This document shows positions 1 to 10,063 of a DNA stretch of 64,000 nucleotides, one piece after another. Position 1 is the first letter of the stretch. Every line of letters begins with the position of its first letter. The DNA is taken from NCBI GenBank assembly GCA_000002435.2, contig CM018790.1, one strand, 5' to 3'. The position numbers and the translations under genes are program-made. Origin of the DNA: Giardia intestinalis. Taxonomy: Eukaryota. The notes below the pieces were generated by a model. The model had not been told where the DNA came from. It ran no database searches and worked only from the letters and a program-made list of their open reading frames with translations.

Positions 1-2082
1 CGCCCGCATAACCGCGTTGCCATGTCCCTCTAATGTTTTGAAAAGAGAGAGCTTCGTGTCACCACTATTACCCCTCCCAGTTATCTGCACTAAACGAATA
101 CGCTTATCTCCGCAGGCAAGAGCGAGCAGCTTTTCATGCAGTGAGTACTCAACAGACCAAATGGTGCGCTTAGCAGCCTTTTGCATTTCTACGATAAATT
201 GAGGATGCGATAGATCATCAACGCCCCACAACTTCAAGCTAAGATCTGCTGAAACAGTGGCTAACTGCCGTTGATTCGGAGATAGAGCAATATGGTTGAT
301 AGAATCAAGGTGAGCCAAAACCGTTGCAGTAGGATGGAGCGTCCTGGGCGTAAGGACACTGTCATCACTTAGTTGAGCAAATGCAGATAAATCGTAGATT
401 CGTAAGCATTTATCCGCTGCACCTGTTGCGGCAAACCACCGTTTGCCCGCACATAGCACTACACAGTCTATATCAGAAGCAGCATCCTCTAGTATGGCTG
501 TGCATACCCACGGTGTAATTGCCAACTGAAGGGGGTAGGCCAGAACATTCTGTTCATTGCCAGCAGAGTGAGAGACCTGCAGTGAGGCATAAAGGTCAGT
601 GGTGCTGATATCTACCTCTAAAGGAAGGCGCTGCCAAAGCCGAACAGTCCCATCCTTTGATGCAGTGCAAAAGGCGCTCGACTCAGCAGATGCCCCAATG
701 CACGTCACGTAGTCGCTGTGGCCATAGCACGAATAGTTTTGCACAACAGTTACTGCCCCCGACTCTTCACTGCTCTCGAGGTAACGAATGACACGGACCT
801 GATTGGAACTAGTTCCTATAGCCAGCTCGTTGCTTGAAACCTTCTTAATGTCAAGCACTTCCCCGCTATCAGAGCAGATGGTAGAGACGACCAGCATGCG
901 AAAACGTGGAAGCTGACTGTACTCTGAAATGGAAAGGGGGTCTGGTAACTGCTTACCTGGGGGACAGATGTATTCCATGGTTGTAGCATCAAAGAGGAGA
1001 ATAAGTAGATCCGACGTCGTTGATAGAAGAAAGTGGTGCACGGCAGCATCGGATGGTCTGCTCGAACCCACCGAATAAGGAATCTTGTAGGAAAAGCTGC
1101 AGATGCCGACATAGCTGTTATGCTTACGGCTCCCCGGAGGGTCGGAAACGAAGTCCTCGGCAAACGGACGGCCCAAGTACTTTGAACAGTAGTGGTGATT
1201 GGTACTCATAAGATCTTTGCTGTAGTTGAGATCCATTCCTGTCGAGGCATAGTGATTGACGTAGTTCTCTGTGGTCTTTGTGTTGAAGACCTCAGACAGC
1301 ACAAATCGCAACATGTCACCATCGCTTGTAGAAGGGCCGACAAGAGCATCTCCGCAGACGACCATATCAACAAACGTGCTGTGAATGTTGACAATGCGCT
1401 TCTGAATAAGTGATCCTGCAGCTATTTGTGTAATAACTAGGACCTTGTCTTCACCGGACGAAATTAGGTAGTCATCCAGCAAGGTAAATGCAAAAATGGT
1501 GCTTAGATGTGCAGTAATTTTCCCAATGCATTGCTTTGAATGCAACTCGTGGACGAGTAGCTCAGAGCGTGATAGAGTAATGAGATACAAGTATTGATTT
1601 GGGGACTCCATGTCATAGAGAAACATGGACTTAACACACAGTGTTGAAAAATCTCTGAAGCAGTGAGTGTCGTAGAGACCATCGTAGTTACACACACGAA
1701 CGCTTTTATCCGCAGATGTAGTGGCAAAAAGTGACCCGGTTGCGTCGAAGACTATGCAGGTTATTACAGCCTGGTGACTGGATTTACGGGTCCGGAGGAC
1801 CAAACCCTTTTCCAGGTCGACAACATAAATGACTCCAGATTTGCTCGCAACTACGGCCTCATCCCTCGTGGGGTGTATTACCATGGCAGTGAGCATATCC
1901 CCCTCGTCGCTAACTGAGATGGAGGCATCGTAGCGGCCATGTGGTACGGTCAGGAGGGACAGACGATTGTCGTAAAAACAGACTAATCTAGCCCCATCCT
2001 TCGTTGGTAGAACGGGACCACCTGTATAGAACTTTTCTAACGATAGTACTTGGTTAAAGCTCGTGCGAAGATGCCATGCCAT
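1..2082 (-). CDS. WD40-repeat protein, 5' portion only (C-terminus lies beyond the window start). The ORF track missed it because the stop codon is outside the window
   Basis: I translated the reverse strand by hand. There is a single open frame from an ATG at 2082 to position 1 (about 690 codons, no stop), beginning MAWHLRTSFNQVLSLEKFYTGGPVLP. It has repeated WD-like motifs (SADKSVRVCNYD, ASKDGTVRLWQ, VSADLSLKLWG, ACGDKRIRLVQI). The minus-strand sequence just upstream of the ATG is AT-rich (gtatttttaagg). Confidence 0.6.
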   Translation of the reverse strand, partial: MAWHLRTSFNQVLSLEKFYTGGPVLPTKDGARLVCFYDNRLSLLTVPHGRYDASISVSDEGDMLTAMVIHPTRDEAVVASKSGVIYVVDLEKGLVLRTRKSSHQAVITCIVFDATGSLFATTSADKSVRVCNYDGLYDTHCFRDFSTLCVKSMFLYDMESPNQYLYLITLSRSELLVHELHSKQCIGKITAHLSTIFAFTLLDDYLISSGEDKVLVITQIAAGSLIQKRIVNIHSTFVDMVVCGDALVGPSTSDGDMLRFVLSEVFNTKTTENYVNHYASTGMDLNYSKDLMSTNHHYCSKYLGRPFAEDFVSDPPGSRKHNSYVGICSFSYKIPYSVGSSRPSDAAVHHFLLSTTSDLLILLFDATTMEYICPPGKQLPDPLSISEYSQLPRFRMLVVSTICSDSGEVLDIKKVSSNELAIGTSSNQVRVIRYLESSEESGAVTVVQNYSCYGHSDYVTCIGASAESSAFCTASKDGTVRLWQRLPLEVDISTTDLYASLQVSHSAGNEQNVLAYPLQLAITPWVCTAILEDAASDIDCVVLCAGKRWFAATGAADKCLRIYDLSAFAQLSDDSVLTPRTLHPTATVLAHLDSINHIALSPNQRQLATVSADLSLKLWGVDDLSHPQFIVEMQKAAKRTIWSVEYSLHEKLLALACGDKRIRLVQITGRGNSGDTKLSLFKTLEGHGNAVMRA

Positions 2083-2114
2083 CAAACCTTAAAAATACAA
2101 TTATTTCTTTTTTA
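2083..2114. promoter_or_regulatory. Shared AT-rich bidirectional initiator region between divergent genes
   Basis: The sequence is taaaaatacaattatttcttttttaATG. It sits between the minus-strand ATG at 2082 and the plus-strand ATG at 2115. Giardia promoters are short AT-rich elements abutting the start codon. Confidence 0.45.
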
Positions 2115-3095
2115 ATGCCCGCTACACTCCATGTTGTCACGCCTGGCAAGCTTCCTTTGGGGTCTGTAGCACGCGCAGCCTATGGAATTCGTCGCAGCCC
2201 CATTTATGAAGTCGTAGTTGCGGATAGCCTTGATTACCTCCTTGAGTCTAATTCGACTGCCGAGCAGGTAGACGCCCGAGGGCTACTTTGTCGAGCGGCC
2301 ATAGATTCTCTTACTAAGGTCACTGATGGTCAGCATGTGCGATGCCTATCTGAGCTCCTTCTGCCCTGTACCAGTTGCGATCTTTTATGGCCGGTAACCT
2401 TTGAAGTGTCGCGGCTGATGACGCTTGAGCATGCTTCCGCCGTTTTTGACAAGAAGGTAAAGAACCTCCTGGCCTCGGAAACGCTTCTGCCATGCATTAT
2501 CTCCGCTCTGGCAAAGACCCACCAACGCTATCCTATCCGGGTCTGTGTCAGCGAATACCCTACCTTGGATGGCTTTCTGAATGCTCCTACAAAGCCATGT
2601 CTCCTTCCAACGGGGCAATTGTTTAGGACAACTCGGGGGAGGATAGTTAGCAAAACACTAACACCCCTTCCATATCTTAGACAGAATCCCGTGACAGAAG
2701 TGGACAAGGAGCACTCAACCATATACTGCACAGATACACCGGCAGAGATAGCAAAGAAGATCGCAAAAGCTTATTGCCAGCCCACAGACATAGAGAACAA
2801 CCCTCTTTTGGCATACCTAGAGGAGATTGTATTCCCGTATAGCAAACTAGTCACAGGGAAACCTATACACATAAATGCCGTAGTTTATAATGATATGGAA
2901 GAAGTCCGAAGAGCGTTCCGTGAGGATAAGATCACGCCCCAGTGTCTGAAGAAGGTTATGGCAGAGAAATTAGGGGAGATCGTCTCGCGTATCCAGGGCT
3001 TCCCACAGTATGCTGAGGCTGAGGCACTACTGAAGACCGTGCTCGATAAGGAGAAGCAGGAAAAGAAGAGTAAGAAAGACAAGAAGCAAAAGTGA
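2115..3095 (+). CDS. Hypothetical protein with a lysine-rich C-terminal tail (KEKQEKKSKKDKKQK)
   Basis: The ORF track gives 2076-3095. The first ATG (2076) would overlap the divergent WD40 gene start by 7 nt. The second ATG (2115, MPATLHV...) lies directly after the AT-rich initiator, so I prefer it. I recognised no domain. Confidence 0.45.
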   Translation: MPATLHVVTPGKLPLGSVARAAYGIRRSPIYEVVVADSLDYLLESNSTAEQVDARGLLCRAAIDSLTKVTDGQHVRCLSELLLPCTSCDLLWPVTFEVSRLMTLEHASAVFDKKVKNLLASETLLPCIISALAKTHQRYPIRVCVSEYPTLDGFLNAPTKPCLLPTGQLFRTTRGRIVSKTLTPLPYLRQNPVTEVDKEHSTIYCTDTPAEIAKKIAKAYCQPTDIENNPLLAYLEEIVFPYSKLVTGKPIHINAVVYNDMEEVRRAFREDKITPQCLKKVMAEKLGEIVSRIQGFPQYAEAEALLKTVLDKEKQEKKSKKDKKQK

Positions 3096-3096
3096 A

Positions 3097-4527
3097 TCAC
3101 TCGTTGAAGATGGCCCACAAGGACCGAGATTCTTGCTCGTGCTCGTACTCATAGTCCACCTCGCTACTGACAGCGTTGTGGAGGCTCGACTCGCTCCGGA
3201 AAGAGTCTAGTGCCCCTCCTTCCAAGTGGCTAGCGAGGTCTTCACGAATACTGGCAGGCAATCCGCGATCGTTGCGCACGCTTTCTGCAGCAGTGAGCCC
3301 GCTATGCTCAGCTCGCTGTCTTTTACGTTGCACAGAAGCATCCTCTTCTGGATCGACAGTTCCCTCTCTTGCTGCTTGAAGAGCGCGATAAAAGTCTCCG
3401 TGCTGAGCATCAAATAACTGAAGCTTTGCTTGCCTGACACCTGCAGGAGCAATATATTCCTGAATAGAGATGTCGCTTGCCAGACTCAAATCAATTGGTA
3501 TGGACATTGCAGTCGCCTGTGCGCCCTGAGCTAAAAGCGATCCTAGACTTGCCAACTGTTCGTGTGCTGCAGATTCTGCATAGTGCCGATGGTAAAGATG
3601 TCTGCGTACAAGAGATGGGGGCCGTACGTCTACGCCCTCAAGGTCGAGGTCTACATTACGAAGAACATCACCAATGGTTAGCTTGGCGAATAGCTCTGAT
3701 GATTGCATTTCTTGGAGACGGCGCGCAATGGTGTCTGGAGAACAAAAGACACAGCGGGAAATGCGATGAATGGGTATCCCATAGTTTAGTAACTTAAGCG
3801 CAACAAAAATACTGGCGCCTAACAAGCCTGATGGAAGCCTGCCGGTGTGAATATTAATAGCGGTAGAGGCCTTAAGAATGTACTTAGATACAACAAGAGT
3901 ATGCTCACGGAGCTGATCCACAGATGTTATGTGGATATTAGCGAAAAGCATACAATCTCTGTTGTCTTGAAATGCAGTCGTGAACTCTTCTTTCAGAATA
4001 CTATCCACAAACCGTGGTAACAGTGATTCAAGATCCTGGTAAGGTAGCTTGATATTATATTGACGCAGAAATGGCTGTATGTACTTGTTGAGCGTGAAAA
4101 CAGAAACGTTAAGAGCATCTGCATAGTCTATCAGAAGATGGGAGAGGTTGTGCTGTCGCCCCACAATGTAAAGAAGAGCTGCTGCCAAGAGATTGTTTCT
4201 CCGTCCTCTCGTTGCTTTGTCGCGCAGACAATTGGCATAGTAGTCGCTGGCTTTCCGAACAAGCTCCATTGGTAAATTTAGAATCATTGCAATTGTCTCT
4301 AGCTCCTTGGAAAAGTGTTTGATTGCAAGACTGCGAGCCGTGGAGGAGGTGTTAGCGCTTATGAAGTTCCCCATCACGGTGGACACACCATTTTGATCTT
4401 GGTAGATTAGATCATTGACAATGAGAGTGTCCATGATTACAAGCCCACAGTTACCACAGAACACTTTTGCTTGGCCCTCGTCAGTTATCGTGCTATTGGA
4501 AAGGCAAAATGGACATGAAATGGACAT
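3097..4527 (-). CDS. TFIIB-related transcription factor (TFIIB/BRF family; the C-terminal extension suggests a Pol III Brf1-like factor)
   Basis: The N-terminus has a zinc ribbon (CPFC...x17...CGNCG). This is followed by a TFIIB-type cyclin-fold core (LLAAALLYIVGRQHNLSHLLIDYADALNVSVFTLNKYI). The 476-aa length, with about 150 extra C-terminal residues, fits BRF. Confidence 0.6.
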   Translation of the reverse strand: MSISCPFCLSNSTITDEGQAKVFCGNCGLVIMDTLIVNDLIYQDQNGVSTVMGNFISANTSSTARSLAIKHFSKELETIAMILNLPMELVRKASDYYANCLRDKATRGRRNNLLAAALLYIVGRQHNLSHLLIDYADALNVSVFTLNKYIQPFLRQYNIKLPYQDLESLLPRFVDSILKEEFTTAFQDNRDCMLFANIHITSVDQLREHTLVVSKYILKASTAINIHTGRLPSGLLGASIFVALKLLNYGIPIHRISRCVFCSPDTIARRLQEMQSSELFAKLTIGDVLRNVDLDLEGVDVRPPSLVRRHLYHRHYAESAAHEQLASLGSLLAQGAQATAMSIPIDLSLASDISIQEYIAPAGVRQAKLQLFDAQHGDFYRALQAAREGTVDPEEDASVQRKRQRAEHSGLTAAESVRNDRGLPASIREDLASHLEGGALDSFRSESSLHNAVSSEVDYEYEHEQESRSLWAIFNE

Positions 4528-4592
4528 TCTTTTTTGATTGTTTACTCTGTCCCAGCAGATGATGATTCACTCCACCCAGCGGTTGCTCCCAG

Positions 4593-4877
4593 TGCTGTGC
4601 TGCCAGATTTACCTGCGGGTATGGTCTAGCAATCTTGTGGGTAAATTGTCGCTTAATTCCTAGCCAATCCGGAGACGACTGTTGGTCATTGATAACATAA
4701 CAAGAGGGTCCTCTCCAGTGATACATCCAGGGCCCGGTACATTTCTCTTCCGTTTCATGGGCGTGTGCTCTGTCTGGATGTGCACGTCAGCCTACCTAGG
4801 ATTCAACTTACTTGCCCATCTGCGTCGTCCACCAGTGATTTCTCTCCTTGGTCTACCGCTCTGATGGTGGAGGGTCT
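4593..4877 (+). repeat. Copy A of a diverged dispersed repeat (about 72% identical to 10064-10358). It is the leading part of a roughly 950 bp ORF-free block, 4528-5495
   Basis: I aligned the two copies by eye. Shared blocks include ccggagacgactgttggtcattgataacataac versus ccggagacaaaggttggttgtggatgatataac, and cgtcgtccaccagtgatttctctccttggtct versus catcgtccaccagtggcgcctctccttggtct. No reading frame is conserved between the copies. Confidence 0.5.
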
Positions 4878-5495
4878 TAACAGTTGATGTTCCTGGACCG
4901 ACGCCTCGACAGACCGAAGCATCACCCAAGTGTGCTGTGCAGATGGACCAGCCCACACGTCACCGAGCCAGACGCACTGCACAGGGTGAGCGTCGACATG
5001 ATCTCGCGCTGGATGGTGGAGCACCTCTGCGATCCGTGAGCAGAGGGTCATACTTCTCCCCCGACACCACCGCATAGGAGCTGTCCACTGGCATCCACGA
5101 ATGCGTACTATGACTCCAAGATAGAGGCGCACGGGGAGCGCACCTCCGATCATACTCGGGACCGATGCTCGCTTCATGAGAAGACGAAGAGGCACCCGAG
5201 GAACGGGGTAGATACCCGGGGTCGCGGTGTGCAATCTCCGTCGTAGAGCATCAGCACCACAAAGCTACTCCGGAGTGCATGGCCAGAGTCAACTGCTCTG
5301 AGGCCAGATCGCCGCGACAGACGCAAGGCCCGAGACAGCGGGTGCTCAATAGATGTCAGACGATAGCTGACCCAAGCCAGTCAGAGAGAAGAGACGCCCC
5401 GGAGCGCATAGTGGAGCACCCAACGGCTCCCAGGCGGGATGCACAAGGCTCTTCTCCAGAGTGGGCGGCATCCGAGCTTCGGACTCTGGACGGGT

Positions 5496-7633
5496 TTACT
5501 CGGACAGGAGCTGGCAAGCCGACATTGTTGAAACAGAGTAGATCTCGTTTGGGAGGATGCCTACTATCTCCATGCGATCCTTCTTCTTAGCGATATTGAG
5601 GGCAGTGGTACCGGGCGAGTGACCATGGCAGCTGCAGGTTGTCTTCAGATCTTTCTCGTTTTCCTTAAGAAGTCTTGCACACTCCACGGTGTTACTATAT
5701 GCCGCACTCATAAGGGCGATCTCCCTTGGTCGTTTGCATGCCGCCTTCCTCCTTCATTAGGAGCCTGACGCACTCTGGATGATCATTGCACACCGTCCAT
5801 GTGAGGACAGTCTGATGCTCGTTGTTCCTTATGCCAGTCTCCTGCTCGAGTAGCTCTACGATTCCTTCGTGCCCTCGTGCTGCTGCATACATGAGCTCCG
5901 TCCACCCTGAGATACTGCTCTCATACTCCATCAAAAGCTCAACGTGCCCAATATAGTCCACCAGGGGGTCATTGGAACGGTCGCACCGTGCCGCGAATAC
6001 GAGAGCGGCCCAACCGCCTACTTTCTCTCCCTTTTCGTGCTCTGCTAGCAGTTCTACTATTTCTGCGTATCCATTGCCGCAGCCATCATCAGAGCTGTTC
6101 CTTTGCGCATGTACCATCCGCTTCTTGTGACCTCTTTGTATGTTTTCCTCCCCCTCTGGATGGGTAAGAGTGCTTTTACAGCCCCCGCGTCGTTTCTATT
6201 GACAGCTCGCATGAGCGCCGTGACGCCGTTCTCATCGGTTGGGTCGATGGCCTCCACCACGGTTCCATGTCCTGCCTCTGCCGCAATCACCAAGGCCGTC
6301 TTGCCTTCGCTGCCGATCCGGTCCTTCTCATATGGGACCAGAAGGGAGGCAGCTCTTGCATAGTCCTCCTCTGTGGCGATCATCAGGTAGTCCAGCCATT
6401 CTTGTCCTGGAGACCGTTCTCCTCCCCAACAAGCAACTCGACGGGACTGATGCGCCCCTGCTCGTCGCGCTGACCAACACCGAGTCTTTCTTCAAGCAGC
6501 ATCCAGACGGTCTCCGTGCTATTCGTATGCGCGGCACGCATCAGCCCGGGCAACAAAAAGAGGCTGGACTGAGGGTCAGTCGTGTTCATCCTGTCATCGA
6601 ACTGTGCAAGCTTATTCTCCAGTGCCTTAATCATAGCTAGATGTTCCTTGCACTGATCTTCAAGTGCGTCGATCTAGTGGATTTAGTCTTAACATCCTCT
6701 TCCAGCAGCGCGATCCTGGCGTTAGCGCCATTCAGCGCAGCCTCCAAGGATCTGCACCTGTACCTCAGCATCACGCACTGACCCCCCAGCTCACTAACTG
6801 GGATGTCGAATGTAGCGAGCGTCTCGTGCAGCTCCCTGGCCGTCGGCCTCCTTCCAGGATCCAGCACGAATATCCCCTCCAGAACATTCTGCATGAAGCC
6901 ATCAGTGACACCGCTCAGGTCCGGCCTCCATCCATCAACGAAGACCTCTGCTGGCTCCTTGCCCCCCAAGAAGTTTGGTCTCCTCAGAGTAGTAAGTTCA
7001 TAAATGATGACCCCGAGGCTCCACACGTCGGAAGCATGGCTGGTCTCATTACGGAGGAGAATCTCGGGGGCCATGTATACTGCCGTGCCTGCAATGGTGC
7101 TCCCGCATCTCAGGGCGTCCTTACAGAGGCCGAAGTCGGCGATGATGAAGTGTTCACCATCTGCGCTGACGAGGACGTTCGCAAGCTTGAGGTCGCGGTG
7201 GACGAGGCCCTTGTAGGGGCGACCGTCGGCACCCACTCCGCTGAGGCCGTGGAGGTAGGCGAGGGCGGCGGCGACCTGCTTCATGACAGAGAGGATCACA
7301 GCGATAGGGACGGGGATCTTCCTTCGTTTGTGCTCGGTGAGGAGGCGCTCAAGGGTCTTGTCGTGCCGGTCCGTGACGACGTAGATGAGGCCCTCGTCTT
7401 CAATCACTTGATGATACTTGAGGACCCGGGTGAAAGATGTTAAGAAGGGCGGCCAGCCTACGCTTAATAGCATCCACACCGTGCTGATCCAGACCGTCGA
7501 GCCGGATCTCCTTCACAGTGAGGTGGGGGCATCCCTTGGGAGAGTAGATAACACTGAAGGCCCCCGCTGAGCACGGGGATGCCACCAGCGCCCATCGGCT
7601 CTGCAAAGCCGCTAACTGCACTGTTACTAGCAA
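5496..7633 (-). pseudogene. NEK-family protein kinase with C-terminal ankyrin repeats, broken by at least 5 frameshifts
   Basis: Six consecutive minus-strand ORF fragments (7400-7633, 6637-7479, 6383-6634, 6057-6383, 5695-6117, 5496-5711) lie in frames 1,0,1,2,0,2. The kinase N-lobe (GAFSVIY...VKEIRL...HPG) shifts frame into subdomains V-XI (YVVTD...HRDLKLANVLV...DFGLC...YMAPE). Ankyrin-like repeats follow (TALVIAAEAGHGTVVEAI, TELMYAAARGHEGIVELL). Confidence 0.55.
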
Positions 7634-8263
7634 CTCCTAGGGCGCCCTCTGCGGTGGCTGGGACAGGGAGTGGAGTCAACAGCCATCGCTAATCTTAACG
7701 CAATCCGGAGCCACCCTTTGGAGTGGCCTTGGCTACTGCCCGAGCAAGGCGCCCAGTGTGAGCTGCCGATGACAGGCCAAGGAGGGCATACTCGCGGCTC
7801 GTATGGTCCTAAGCAGGTCGGATTCTGGAGGCTAACACGGAGCGCCCCGACAAAACACGCCGACTGGGGACCACACTGAGCTCTGGATGCATCAATAGAG
7901 AGAAGCTCTTAGTATGTTATCCACAACCAGACCTCGTCTCCGGACGGCTGGGAAGTGAGCGCGGCTTACCCGTGGGACCTCTGAGCGCACCTGCAGGCGG
8001 CCCCAGCGATACAGTGACGGCAATGTACAGGAGTGCACCCCGAGCAATCACTCCACAAGAGAGGTGCGATTTGAGTCTGGCCCTCACTGGTCCTGTTCCT
8101 ATGGAAGTCAGAGAGAACTACACTATCAGCTGGCCTCCAGTGAGCGTGCTCCTATCTTGTCCTTCTTCAGTCCAACTGGTTAAGGGAGCAAGAGCAGCTG
8201 TCTCTCACTGCTCGCGGCAACACATCAGCCTGACAGAAGAGCAGTGGCATACTAACCCGGCTA

Positions 8264-10027
8264 ATGTTGGTAGGATTTCTCCTAGTTTGTGCAACAGTGC
8301 TGGCAAAGGACAGCGGGAAGGACACATGCTTCCCGGGATACACCCTCAACCCCACCACGAAGAAGTGCGACAGGAACTCCGCGCCGTGCGAGGTCGAGGG
8401 CTGTGATGTCTGCGAGGAAAGCAACCCCCAGCAGTGCAAGACGTGCGGCTCAGGCTACACCCTCAACCCCACCACGAAGAAGTGCGACAGGAACTCCGCG
8501 CCGTGCGAGGTCGAGGGCTGTGATGTCTGCGAGGAAAGCAACCCCCAGCAGTGCAAGACGTGCGGCTCAGGCTACACCCTCAACCCCACCACGAAGAAGT
8601 GCGACAGGAACTCCGCGCCGTGCGAGGTCGAGGGCTGTGATGTCTGCGAGGAAAGCAACCCCCAGCAGTGCAAGACGTGCGGCTCAGGCTACACCCTCAA
8701 CCCCACCACGAAGAAGTGCGACAGGAACTCCGCGCCGTGCGAGGTCGAGGGCTGTGATGTCTGCGAGGAAAGCAACCCCCAGCAGTGCAAGACGTGCGGC
8801 TCAGGCTACACCCTCAACCCCACCACGAAGAAGTGCGACAGGAACTCCGCGCCGTGCGAGGTCGAGGGCTGTGATGTCTGCGAGGAAAGCAACCCCCAGC
8901 AGTGCAAGACGTGCGGCTCAGGCTACACCCTCAACCCCACCACGAAGAAGTGCGACAGGAACTCCGCGCCGTGCGAGGTCGAGGGCTGTGATGTCTGCGA
9001 GGAAAGCAACCCCCAGCAGTGCAAGACGTGCGGCTCAGGCTACACCCTCAACCCCACCACGAAGAAGTGCGACAGGAACTCCGCGCCGTGCGATACTCCC
9101 AACTGCAAGGCCTGCGACAACCCCAAAACAGACAACGAAATCTGCACTGAATGTAATGATAACAATTATCTCACTCCAACCAGTCAGTGCGTATCTGACT
9201 GCACGACCCTCAAGGGCTACTACGGAGACGATAGTGGCAAAAAGACATGCAAGAGGTGCAACGATGCGTGCGCAGAGTGTAAGGGTGAGGGTGCTGATAA
9301 GTGTACGGCCTGCCCTGCTGGGAAGATGCTTCAGTATACAGATGCTGATACTCCTGCCAATGGGGGCACGTGCATGAACCAGTGCAGCGTGAGCCCTGCA
9401 AACGATGGATGCGCAGAGTGTGGGGCCCAAATAGGAGGAACTGCATATTGCTCAAAGTGCAAGAACACTCAACAGGCACCACTGGATGGCAACTGTGCGG
9501 CCAATACGCGAACACGATTTTGCACTACGGTGAGTAATGGAGCATGCACTCAATGTGAAAATAACTACTTCCTCAAAGATGGCGGTTGCTATCAAACAAA
9601 TAGACAGCCTGGTAAACAAGTGTGCACCCAAGCTAACGGAGGAAAGTGTCAGACATGTGCCAATGGCTTAGCAGCAACTGATGGCAACTGTGCAGAATGT
9701 CATCCTACTTGTGCTACGTGCTCGACTGCAGGTACGGCTGACAAGTGTAAGACCTGTGCCACTGGGTATTACAAGGAAAACGGTAGCGATACCACTACTG
9801 GGTTATGCAAGAAGTGCTCAGAGAAGATCTCTGGATGCAAGCAATGTGTGTCATCATCTGGCAGTTCAGTCATATGTTTAGAATCAGAAGTAGGCACTGG
9901 TGGAAGCGTCAACAAGAGCGGCCTCTCCACGGGGGCCATCGCGGGGATCTCCGTTGCTGTGATTGTTGTCGTCGGAGGGCTTGTCGGATTCCTTTGCTGG
10001 TGGTTCCTCTGCCGCGGGAAGGCGTAG
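8264..10027 (+). CDS. vsp: Variant-specific surface protein (VSP)
   Basis: It has a signal peptide (MLVGFLLVCATVLA) and is Cys-rich, with many CXXC motifs and a GGCY motif. The C-terminus has a transmembrane helix and the canonical tail GFLCWWFLCRGKA-stop. It contains internal tandem repeats. Confidence 0.85.
   Translation: MLVGFLLVCATVLAKDSGKDTCFPGYTLNPTTKKCDRNSAPCEVEGCDVCEESNPQQCKTCGSGYTLNPTTKKCDRNSAPCEVEGCDVCEESNPQQCKTCGSGYTLNPTTKKCDRNSAPCEVEGCDVCEESNPQQCKTCGSGYTLNPTTKKCDRNSAPCEVEGCDVCEESNPQQCKTCGSGYTLNPTTKKCDRNSAPCEVEGCDVCEESNPQQCKTCGSGYTLNPTTKKCDRNSAPCEVEGCDVCEESNPQQCKTCGSGYTLNPTTKKCDRNSAPCDTPNCKACDNPKTDNEICTECNDNNYLTPTSQCVSDCTTLKGYYGDDSGKKTCKRCNDACAECKGEGADKCTACPAGKMLQYTDADTPANGGTCMNQCSVSPANDGCAECGAQIGGTAYCSKCKNTQQAPLDGNCAANTRTRFCTTVSNGACTQCENNYFLKDGGCYQTNRQPGKQVCTQANGGKCQTCANGLAATDGNCAECHPTCATCSTAGTADKCKTCATGYYKENGSDTTTGLCKKCSEKISGCKQCVSSSGSSVICLESEVGTGGSVNKSGLSTGAIAGISVAVIVVVGGLVGFLCWWFLCRGKA
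8342..9091 (+). repeat. Tandem repeat of a 117-bp unit, about 6.4 copies, apparently identical, inside the VSP coding sequence. Each unit encodes 39 aa (TLNPTTKKCDRNSAPCEVEGCDVCEESNPQQCKTCGSGY)
   Basis: I read the period directly from the sequence and from the protein repeats. The seventh copy is truncated after ...RNSAPC. Confidence 0.85.
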
Positions 10028-10063
10028 ACTTAGGTAGTAAACGCATTACTTTATGTAGCTTAT

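Noticed and set aside
4682-4864. Short ORFs inside the dispersed repeat copies (4682-4864; 10064-10468; 10248-10559)
   Set aside because: The two copies are similar at the nucleotide level, but the reading frame is not conserved between them. Indels shift the frame, so this is not a protein-coding family.
6664-7443. A 259-aa plus-strand ORF antisense to the NEK kinase fragment
   Set aside because: It is an antisense shadow ORF of a coding region with no motifs, and the kinase motifs are on the minus strand. A similar shadow ORF lies at 33408-34022 (antisense to epsilon-tubulin). Others lie at 18638-19402 and 18006-18305 (antisense to the coiled-coil gene).
8289-9377. A 362-aa Arg/Pro/Ser/Thr-rich ORF in the +2 frame of the VSP gene
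   Set aside because: It is an artefact of the in-frame 117-bp tandem repeat, whose period keeps every frame open. The VSP frame has a signal peptide, CXXC motifs and the CRGKA tail.
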